Assembly: GCA_039656555.1 (NCBI GenBank)
Contig: JBDHLU010000005.1
Span: 4,242-68,241 of the forward strand
Direction: 5' to 3'
Length of the DNA stretch: 64,000 bases
Source: Gemmatimonadota bacterium
GTDB lineage: Bacteria > Gemmatimonadota > Gemmatimonadetes > Gemmatimonadales > GWC2-71-9
Both the position numbers and the translations under genes were made by a program. Below are positions 47,153 through 54,938 of the stretch, piece after piece. The notes beneath the pieces were generated by a model, which ran no database searches, had not been told where the DNA came from, and saw only the letters and a list, made by a program, of their open reading frames with translations. Positions within the stretch are counted from its first letter, which is position 1. Every line of letters starts with the position of its first letter.

Positions 47153-47545
47153 AGAAAACGGCAGGGAAGTGCTGAAACGGCAGCGCCGCGACGCGAAATG
47201 GCAGATCGCGAGTTCGAAAAGCCGAATTGGGAATTGCCAGACGTCAAATCCGAATTGCCAGACGTCAAATCGGAATTGCCAGACGCCAGATCGGAATTGC
47301 CAGACGCCAGATCGGAATTGCCAGACGCCAGATCGGAATTGCCGGACGCCAAATCGAAATTGCCAGACGTCGCATCGGAATTGCCAGACGGCAAATCGGA
47401 ATTGCCAGACGGCAAATCGGAATTGCCAGACGGCAAATCGGAATTGCCGGACGCCAAATCGGAATTGCCAGACGCCGCATCGGAATTGCCAGACGCCGGA
47501 TCGGAATTGCCGGACGCCGGATCGGAATTCCGATCGGGCGGATCG
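47153..47545. repeat. 21-bp tandem repeat array: 14 well-conserved units (47231-47524) flanked by degenerate units
   Basis: The consensus is GAATTGCCAGACGNNNNATCG. The variable tetranucleotides, in order, are TCAA x2, CCAG x3, CCAA, TCGC, GCAA x3, CCAA, CCGC, CCGG x2. Decayed copies with 21-bp phasing lie at 47153, 47174, 47195 and 47216, with a degenerate unit at 47525-47545. All six reading frames are largely open across the array. Confidence 0.95.
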
Positions 47546-47696
47546 AACGGGGCACGCATCGATCACGGGACCGCCCTCCCGATCATGACGGCGGTGTTCG
47601 CGGCGCCAAGCAGGCCCAACGCCGTCCAGTGGGCTCGTCAGCATGGTGTGCAGGCGATACCTTCGCATCGAGTCCCACGATCTCACGAGGCATCTT

Positions 47697-49160
47697 ATGC
47701 GTTCGCTGCGAATCCCCCTGTGCGTAGCCGTAGCTTCCTTCTCGCAATTGGCCGCCGCGCAGGAACCCGTTTATCACGACGTCATCGCGCAGATAAAGGC
47801 CGAGGGGCTGGAGCGCTCGCAGGTCATGGAGACGTTCAATGTCTTGACCAACGTGATTGGGCCACGGCTTACCGCAACGCCGGCGTTCAAGGCGGCGGCG
47901 GACTGGTCTGCCGCCCAGCTTGAGGCGTGGGGCATGGCGAATGTCCACTTGGAAGAATGGCCGTTCGGTCGTGGGTGGACGCTCGAAGGCCTCACGTTGG
48001 AGATGACGGGCCCGCGCTACTTCCCGCTATTCGGCTATCCGGAGGCATGGACACCGTCGACATCGGGTGAACTCGTTGGCGAGCCGGTGTACGTCGGCGA
48101 CAAGACCGCCGATCAGATTCGCGCGATGTCACTTGCGGGGAGAATCATCCTCACCGAGCCGCCGCAGCCCGCGTTCATCAAGAACGACCGCGAGCAACCG
48201 CTCGACGCGGCCGATGCCGTGCGTATCGGTGCGCCGCGACGCATCCGTAATCCGGGCGCAGTGAGTGGCCGCGAGTTGTCGGAACTGATGCAGACGGGTG
48301 GTGCGGGAGTAATTCTGCGACCGAACCAGGGTGAGCATGGCACCATCTTCGTGCTGGGGCGCAACTCGACGCCGAACGATGCCGTGCCGGTCATCGTGAT
48401 CGCCTCGGAGCACTACAACATGATCGTGCGCATGCAGGATGCCGGCGTGCCGGTCACACTCCGGGTGAACCTCGAGATCCAGTACCACGAAGCGGACACG
48501 AATGGTTACAACGTCATCGCTGAGATTCCCGGCACGGACCCCGATCTCAAAGACGAGATCGTCATGGTGGGTGCGCACCTCGACTCCTGGCACTCGGCGA
48601 CCGGAGCCACAGATAACGCCGATGCGTCCGCCTCAGCGTTGGAGGCGATGCGGATACTCAATGCAATAGGTGTTCAACCTCGGCGCACGATTCGGCTGGC
48701 GCTCTGGGGCGGAGAAGAGCAGGGGTTACACGGTTCACGCAACTATGTCGAGCGGCACTTTGTCGGTGACGCGAACGCCGAGGAGCGCGACAACTTCAAC
48801 GTGTACTTCAATCACGATCCTGGCCTGGGAATGATCTACGGTTTCTACTTGGAAGAAAACGAAGCCGTGAGACCGATCTTCGATGCGTGGCTCGAGCCGC
48901 TAAAGGACATCGGCGCGCGGGGCAACAGGATCGAGAAGATCGGAAGCACGGATCACGTGAGCTTTGTGCGGAACGGTCTTCTGGCTTTCAACACGCTGCA
49001 GGACTACAAGGATTACGACGTTCGCACCCATCACACGAATACGGATTTCTACGAGCGATTGAGCGAAGAGGAATTACAAGAGGGTGCGATCGTGCTCGCG
49101 ACGTTCTTGTACCACGCTGCGATGCGGGATAAGAAGATTCCGCGGGACTTGACGCCGTAG
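47697..49160 (+). CDS. Secreted M28-family aminopeptidase with PA domain
   Basis: Start at ATG 47697, giving signal MRSLRIPLCVAVASFSQLAAAQEP. Motifs ..VMVGAHLDSWH.., ..TDNADASA.., ..WGGEEQGLHGS.., ..STDHVSF... Confidence 0.85.
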   Translation: MRSLRIPLCVAVASFSQLAAAQEPVYHDVIAQIKAEGLERSQVMETFNVLTNVIGPRLTATPAFKAAADWSAAQLEAWGMANVHLEEWPFGRGWTLEGLTLEMTGPRYFPLFGYPEAWTPSTSGELVGEPVYVGDKTADQIRAMSLAGRIILTEPPQPAFIKNDREQPLDAADAVRIGAPRRIRNPGAVSGRELSELMQTGGAGVILRPNQGEHGTIFVLGRNSTPNDAVPVIVIASEHYNMIVRMQDAGVPVTLRVNLEIQYHEADTNGYNVIAEIPGTDPDLKDEIVMVGAHLDSWHSATGATDNADASASALEAMRILNAIGVQPRRTIRLALWGGEEQGLHGSRNYVERHFVGDANAEERDNFNVYFNHDPGLGMIYGFYLEENEAVRPIFDAWLEPLKDIGARGNRIEKIGSTDHVSFVRNGLLAFNTLQDYKDYDVRTHHTNTDFYERLSEEELQEGAIVLATFLYHAAMRDKKIPRDLTP

Positions 49161-49228
49161 GCCACTTCCCGTTCTAGCCGGGCGGGATGGTTGTTACCGG
49201 TAGGCGGTAGGGGCGCTATCTTGGTCCC

Positions 49229-52063
49229 GTGTCCATGATCGAACAGTTGAACGCCGGGTTGGAGGGTCGCTACGTCGTCGAGCGCGAGCTTGGCGCCGGT
49301 GGTATGGCAACCGTCTATCTGGCCCAGGATCTCAAACACCGTCGGCAAGTGGCGCTGAAGGTATTGCGGGAGGATGTGGCGGCCACCCTGGGGGCCGATC
49401 GGTTCCTGCGCGAGATCGAGATCGCGGCGGGTCTCCGCCATCCACATATCCTGCCCCTGTACGATTCGGGTACGGTTGGGAACGCGTTCTTCTACGTGAT
49501 GCCCGTGGCCGAAGGCGAATCACTTCGAGAACGGATCGATCGCGAGAAGCAACTCCCCATTCCCGATGCGCTGCGGATCGGGAGGGAGGTGGCGGATGCC
49601 TTGGCCTACGCGCACAGTCACGGCGTCGTGCACCGCGACATCAAGCCCGAAAATATCCTGCTCGAGTCCGGTCACGCGGTCATCGCTGATTTCGGGATTG
49701 CCCGTGCCGTCGATACCCATGGCGGCAACGTGACGCTCACCGAAGCGGGCATGAGCATCGGCACGCCGACCTACATGAGTCCCGAGCAGGCGAGCGGCGA
49801 ACGTGACGTCGACGGCCGGAGCGACCTCTACAGCTTGGCGTGCGTGGTCCACGAGATGTTGACCGGGGAGCCGCCGTTCACGGGCCCCACGGTCGAAAGC
49901 ATCATCCGGCAACACATCACGGCCGACCCACCCACGGTCACGGTGCTGCGCTCGACCGTCTCCGAGAAGGTTGCGTCGTCGATCGTAACGGCGTTGGCCA
50001 AGATCCCGTCCGACCGGTTCAGCACGGCGGCGGAATTCGGGGCAACGCTGGAAACCAGCGATGTGCGGCCGCCGACGATGGCCGTGCCATCGGCTCGGAC
50101 GTCAATGCGGAGGCCGGTCGCTTTGATGGCGGCGGCACTCGTCGTGGTTGCTGCGACTGCGGCATGGTTTATCACTCGCGATGGAGGCGGTGTAGCCAAC
50201 GGTATCGTCGAGCGAGACTGGATCCTCGTGGCCGCGTTCGACGGGTCCGCCGAAGACCATGAACGCGGCATGGCGCGGGAGTTCGTACGGACGGCACTCG
50301 ACCAATCGTCCATCGTCGTCACGATCTCCGATCAGGACATGCGCCGTGGCTTGGAGATGAGTGGGCGGCCCGATACTACGCGCGTCGACGCCCAACTTGG
50401 CCGTGAACTCGCCGTCCGGGCCAGCGTCCGCGCGGTCGTGACGGGGCAGATCGACCGGATTGGAAACACGTATCCCATCGTATTGCGCGTGATCGGCGCT
50501 GACTCGGGTGACGTCATCGTTTCCGAACGAGCTATTGCGCAGTCCGCCGACGACCTCATCTCGACGGTAGACGATGCCGTGCGGGGCATCCGAGAACAAC
50601 TCGGTGAGCGGCGATCCGCGATTCGGGCCAACCGCCCGCTCCGCCAGGTGATGACGCCGTCGTTCGAGGCGTACGAGAAGTTCGTGGAAATGGAAGCCGA
50701 GATGCGGACGACGGGCCGCCAGGGTCGTGCGGTCAATCTGTTGCGCGAGGCTCTGGTAATCGATCCCGAGTTCGCTTCGGCGCGGCTCGCTATGTGGGCA
50801 CGATTCATCAACCGGGGTTGGCAGGATTCCGCCCGCGCGGCCATCGAAGATGCGTTGGCGATTCCCGGACGGCTCACGGAGCTCGAGCGGATGCGCGCAC
50901 GCGCATCGTTGGCCTTGGTCGAGTGGAACGTGCCACGTGCGGCCCAAGCGTATGAAGAGTTGCTTGCTCGGTATCCCATGACGGCAGGGGCGCTTACGAA
51001 CCTTGGTGTGGCGGTGGGGCAGCTGGGACGCACAGAGGAGGCGTTGGAGATTTACCGGCGGGCACCGGATCCCTTTGGTACCAACACGATGAATCTCTGG
51101 AACAAGAGTGAGGCCCTGATGACCCTGGGGCGGTTCCGAGAGTTGGACTCGCTCATCGAGGTGATGCCGGAACAGTGGCAGGAAGGGCGGACGTCGGCGG
51201 CGTTGATTGCGGAACGCCGGTTCGATGCGGCCGACAGCATGCGGGCACAGGGCCTACGTGAAGATCCGCCTCGGAACGCCCAGCAGCGCGGTTGGGTGCA
51301 GTACAACCAGGCGATGGCCGGCATCGTCCGTGGGAGAGTCGAGAAAGCCGGCGCCAGTTTACAGGAGCGTGCTGAATTTGTAAGCGAGCAAGGATGGGAC
51401 GTTCAGGGTCGCGGTTTCTTCGAAGAATCGAAATTGATCCATTCCCTGAGCGCCGGACGACCGATCCCACCCTCTATGTTCACTCCGCAGGACACGAGCG
51501 TCGATGCCCAGTTGCTCTTTGGCGTGAGCGCGGCACTGAACGGCAATGAACGAACCGCGCGCGACATACTCTCGGCGGTCCGAGCGCGCGACGAACGAGA
51601 TCTCGCCTGGTACGGTGGGGGGCCGCTCGTGTTGGAAGCCGCGATCGCCGCCGGTAATGAGGATTGGGAAGAGGTGACGAACCTCCTCGGCCCCGCTGGC
51701 CATTGGAACTGGCCGTACTCGACCTTCCGGGGCACCAATTGGGCCATCGTCTCATGGCTCCTGTTGGGCGAGGGGTACGAGCAAACCGGCCAACTAGACT
51801 CCGCGGCAGCGTACTTCGAATTGTTGGGCACTCCCGGTGAGTACGTACGGCGTGATGACATCCAGCGTGCGGGTCTTACCTATTCGTTTGCGCACTTTCG
51901 CCGAGGTCGGATTCTCACGGAGCTGGGCCGAACTGAGAAAGCCCGCGAGGCGTGGTTGACGTTTCTAGACGCCTTCACGGACCCTGATCTCGACTACGAG
52001 TGGATGGTGACCGAGGCGAATGAGTCGTTGGCGCGTTTGGCGGGAGAGACGGTCGGCAACTAG
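49229..52063 (+). CDS. Membrane Ser/Thr protein kinase with TPR-like extracytoplasmic domain (paralog of 43468..46416)
   Basis: 944 aa, GTG start. GAGGMATVYLA...VALK, HRDIKPEN, DFG, SPE. TM VALMAAALVVVAATAAWFI. Helical-repeat C-terminus. Confidence 0.85.
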   Translation: MSMIEQLNAGLEGRYVVERELGAGGMATVYLAQDLKHRRQVALKVLREDVAATLGADRFLREIEIAAGLRHPHILPLYDSGTVGNAFFYVMPVAEGESLRERIDREKQLPIPDALRIGREVADALAYAHSHGVVHRDIKPENILLESGHAVIADFGIARAVDTHGGNVTLTEAGMSIGTPTYMSPEQASGERDVDGRSDLYSLACVVHEMLTGEPPFTGPTVESIIRQHITADPPTVTVLRSTVSEKVASSIVTALAKIPSDRFSTAAEFGATLETSDVRPPTMAVPSARTSMRRPVALMAAALVVVAATAAWFITRDGGGVANGIVERDWILVAAFDGSAEDHERGMAREFVRTALDQSSIVVTISDQDMRRGLEMSGRPDTTRVDAQLGRELAVRASVRAVVTGQIDRIGNTYPIVLRVIGADSGDVIVSERAIAQSADDLISTVDDAVRGIREQLGERRSAIRANRPLRQVMTPSFEAYEKFVEMEAEMRTTGRQGRAVNLLREALVIDPEFASARLAMWARFINRGWQDSARAAIEDALAIPGRLTELERMRARASLALVEWNVPRAAQAYEELLARYPMTAGALTNLGVAVGQLGRTEEALEIYRRAPDPFGTNTMNLWNKSEALMTLGRFRELDSLIEVMPEQWQEGRTSAALIAERRFDAADSMRAQGLREDPPRNAQQRGWVQYNQAMAGIVRGRVEKAGASLQERAEFVSEQGWDVQGRGFFEESKLIHSLSAGRPIPPSMFTPQDTSVDAQLLFGVSAALNGNERTARDILSAVRARDERDLAWYGGGPLVLEAAIAAGNEDWEEVTNLLGPAGHWNWPYSTFRGTNWAIVSWLLLGEGYEQTGQLDSAAAYFELLGTPGEYVRRDDIQRAGLTYSFAHFRRGRILTELGRTEKAREAWLTFLDAFTDPDLDYEWMVTEANESLARLAGETVGN

Positions 52064-52066
52064 CGG

Positions 52067-52133
52067 GAGAGGGCGCAGGACAAAGGTCGCAGGGCGCAGG
52101 GTTACATCTCTTCGTCCTCCGTCCTTCGCCCTC
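52067..52133. terminator. Imperfect GC-rich hairpin between convergent kinase genes
   Basis: The left arm is GAGGGCGCAGGACAAAGGTCGCAG. The right arm, reverse-complemented, is GAGGGCGAAGGACGGAGGACGAAG (19/24 pairing). The left arm also holds the direct repeat GGGCGCAGG x2. Confidence 0.35.
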
Positions 52134-52136
52134 TAA

Positions 52137-54836
52137 TCAGTTTCCCACTCTTTCCTTCAACTCCTCGAACCAGTTCTCCACGATGATCACTTCGGTCGGG
52201 CTGGCGTCGCTCGCAAACTGGAGAAACACGAATCGTTGAGCATCCGACGCAACGTCATACTGATGGCGATTGCCGGCCGTGACGAATTGGTCGACCGAGA
52301 ACAACGTGTTCTGGTCGGTCCATTGGAAGATCGACCCACTGGCACGGTCGATCGTCACGACCACTAGTTCGTTTGCACCGTTCCGGTAAAACAGTTCATC
52401 GCCCTTGGGCGACCATTGTGGTGCCTCGCCACCGGCCGTCGACAGCTGCTGCATCCACTCGTCCACGTTGGGAAACGGTCGCACGTACACCTCGTTGTTC
52501 CCGGACATGTTCGACATGTAGGCCAACCACTGCCCGTCCGGCGACAGCACGGGCATGCGTTCGGATGCATCAGTCGTGAGCAACGCCACCGGGGCGCTGT
52601 CGGTTCTCGACCGAACGGCATAGACGTCGGAGGAGCTCGTCTCCACGCGATACACGATCCATTCACCGTCGTTGGAGTAATGAACCTCCCACACCGGCGG
52701 CAGGTCGTCGATGGCGGTCAGGAGACGCTCGGCTTGCGAACTGCCGTCAGCGCGCTTGAAATAGATGTCGTTGCTGATACCACGATCGGAAACGAAGGCA
52801 AGCGCACTGCCATCCGGGACCCATGACGAGCGGAAATTGACGGACCCCTCGTGCGTGAGGATCGTGCTCGGCCCGCGGTCCAGCCGCTTGACCCAGAGGT
52901 GAAGGACGTTGTCCTGCGCAATCGTGATCGCGAGGCGGTCACCGCTGGGCGACAGTTCCGGGTAGCTCATCGCGCCAGACCAGTCGGGATCGATCACCGT
53001 GGTCGATCCGTCCCGCGTTACCCACACGGGCTGGACGTTGGCGGCGTACCCGGTGGCATAGATCAGGGTACCGGTCGCCGACACTGAAAGGTCAGCCGCA
53101 CCGGCAAAGCGCCCGCCAAGCCCTTCGGCCAAGGCCCGTGGGTCTCCGGTAAGCTCGAGATTGTCCTGATCGAACGGGCGCGCCATGAGGGTCCCATCGA
53201 TCGTGACGTACACCAGGTGTCCGGAGGTCGCATACACCGCGTATGTGCCGCGTACCAAGTATCGGTGTTCTCCGGTCTCGAGGTCGACCACGGCGATATC
53301 GCTATCCGCGAGGTTGTTTCCGTGTAGCACCTGAAACAGCACCCCTTTTCCGTTCGGAAGAGCGGAAGGCCACAGGTGGTCGATTTCGCCTCGCGTGCTA
53401 TCGATGCGCGTCACGATGTGGAGCGGTCCTCCGCCCCCGGCGGCCACTCGTACGAGACCGGGCCCCACACGCCCCGCACCCTGTGCCACGGCGTAGAGGT
53501 GTTGGCCATCTGGCGACCACGAGACGCCTTGAATATCCAACCCCGAATCCGCCGCCTCGATCGGTGGGCCGCCGACCAGTGATACAACCTGCACCACTGT
53601 GCCTGAGATTGCGGACAAGAACGCCACGCGCGAACCGTCCGGCGAAGCCTTCGGCGAGAATCCGCCCTCCGTTCCCAACAAAGGGGTCCCCGCCAGTGAG
53701 TTGCGGCTCCGCACGTACAACCGACCCGGGCCACCCTCATCCCCCACGTAGATCAGGCGGTCCCCGTCCGCAGTCAGCGTGAATCGGGACCCTATGAGGT
53801 TCTGGTCGATGGGATCGAAGTCCGGCAGCGACACATTGTAGCGCGAGACCGGCTGTGGTGGCTCCGCACGCGTCCACCCAATGATGGTCGTGACCAACAG
53901 GACGATAGCCAACGCCGAGACAGCGGCAAAAGCCCGCACAGACACGCCGGGAGCGGAACGCCCATCCACCGAGGTGGGCCCCGAAATCGCCGGTATCGTA
54001 AACGTCGCGTCGTCGAGCGCCGAGGCGAACTTCGCCGCACTCGTGAAACGATCCGCCGGGCTCTTCGCCAAGGCACGATTCACCGCCGCGTCGACGTTCG
54101 GTGGCACCATGTCGCGGGTCTGCGTAATGGGAGACGGGCGCTCCGAGAGAATCTTCGCGACGATTGCCTGCACGGAGTTACCGATGTGCGGTGGTTCGCC
54201 CACCAGCATCTCGTACGTCATCGCTCCGAGCGAGTAGATGTCGCTCCGGGCATCGATCTCGCGGTCACCGGTCGCCTGTTCCGGAGACATGTAGTGCGGC
54301 GTACCCATCGACAGACCGGTTTCGGTGAGTCGCGTGCCGCCCGCCTGACTCACGGCCAACGCAATTCCGAAATCCGCCACGACCGCCTGCCCGTCCTGCA
54401 TCAACACGTTCTCGGGCTTGATGTCTCGATGGACGACGTTGTGTCGGTGCGCATAATCGAGCGCCGCCGCCACCGACTTGGCGATCTGTACCGTGTCTTC
54501 CACCGAGAGCTGCTTCTCGCGATCCATCTTGTCGCGCAGCGTGTCACCCTCGACCAGTGGCATCACGTAGAACAAGAACCCTTCGGCCTCACCCGAATCG
54601 TACAGCGGCAGGATGTTCGGGTGCTGCAGGTTGGCGGTGACCTTGATCTCTTGCAGGAACCGCTCGCCACCGAGGATCGCGGAGAGCTCGGGTTTCAGGA
54701 TCTTGATCGCGACCTTGCGGTCGTGTTTCAGGTCGTGCGCGAGATAGACGGTTGCCATGCCGCCTTCGCCAATGTGACGTTCGATCTTGTAGCGGTCCGC
54801 GAGTGCGGTGGAGAGTCGGGAGGTTATTTCGGTCAT
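52137..54836 (-). CDS. Ser/Thr protein kinase with TM segment and C-terminal PD40/TolB-like beta-propeller domain (K1)
   Basis: 899 aa. GEGGMATVYLAHDLKHDRKVAIK, HRDIKPEN, DFG, SPE. TM AFAAVSALAIVLLVTTIIGW. Repeated PD40-type blades (..SPDGSRVAF.., ..WSPDGQHLY.., ..SPSGDRLAI.., ..LSPDGQWLAY.., ..WSPKGDELFY..). Confidence 0.9.
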   Translation of the reverse strand: MTEITSRLSTALADRYKIERHIGEGGMATVYLAHDLKHDRKVAIKILKPELSAILGGERFLQEIKVTANLQHPNILPLYDSGEAEGFLFYVMPLVEGDTLRDKMDREKQLSVEDTVQIAKSVAAALDYAHRHNVVHRDIKPENVLMQDGQAVVADFGIALAVSQAGGTRLTETGLSMGTPHYMSPEQATGDREIDARSDIYSLGAMTYEMLVGEPPHIGNSVQAIVAKILSERPSPITQTRDMVPPNVDAAVNRALAKSPADRFTSAAKFASALDDATFTIPAISGPTSVDGRSAPGVSVRAFAAVSALAIVLLVTTIIGWTRAEPPQPVSRYNVSLPDFDPIDQNLIGSRFTLTADGDRLIYVGDEGGPGRLYVRSRNSLAGTPLLGTEGGFSPKASPDGSRVAFLSAISGTVVQVVSLVGGPPIEAADSGLDIQGVSWSPDGQHLYAVAQGAGRVGPGLVRVAAGGGGPLHIVTRIDSTRGEIDHLWPSALPNGKGVLFQVLHGNNLADSDIAVVDLETGEHRYLVRGTYAVYATSGHLVYVTIDGTLMARPFDQDNLELTGDPRALAEGLGGRFAGAADLSVSATGTLIYATGYAANVQPVWVTRDGSTTVIDPDWSGAMSYPELSPSGDRLAITIAQDNVLHLWVKRLDRGPSTILTHEGSVNFRSSWVPDGSALAFVSDRGISNDIYFKRADGSSQAERLLTAIDDLPPVWEVHYSNDGEWIVYRVETSSSDVYAVRSRTDSAPVALLTTDASERMPVLSPDGQWLAYMSNMSGNNEVYVRPFPNVDEWMQQLSTAGGEAPQWSPKGDELFYRNGANELVVVTIDRASGSIFQWTDQNTLFSVDQFVTAGNRHQYDVASDAQRFVFLQFASDASPTEVIIVENWFEELKERVGN

Positions 54837-54938
54837 AAAAAGCGATTTAAGATTACAGAATAGAGAGCACAGAATTTAGATTGCCCCACACCACACCCGT
54901 TCTTAGATCTGTATTCTGTGATCTGAATTCTAAAATCA
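54837..54938. repeat. AT-rich 102-bp conserved inter-kinase spacer (copy 1), imperfect palindrome of GATYACAGA-type words
   Basis: aaaaagcgatttaAGATTACAGAATagagagCACAGAATttagattgccccacaccacacccgttcttagatctgtATTCTGTGATCTgaattctaaaatca. There are 92/102 identities with 57618-57719. The arms ...AGATTACAGAAT... and ...ATTCTGTGATCT... are inverted. Confidence 0.85.

Noticed and set aside
47231-47524. CRISPR array interpretation of the 21-bp repeats, and of the 46434-46690 cluster
   Set aside because: The repeats are directly abutting with no unique spacers. The unit is shorter than typical CRISPR repeats. No cas genes are present in the window.
47138-47923. 261-aa ORF encoding ELPDxxS heptad repeats across the 21-bp array
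   Set aside because: All six frames are largely open across the repeat. The third-position GC of the repeat unit is about 57% (4 of 7 codons), clearly below that of real genes sampled here. The N-terminus has no signal or RBS. The ORF runs on through non-coding-looking sequence into the signal peptide of the M28 gene in another frame. It is kept as an alternative hypothesis in the finding, not called as a CDS.
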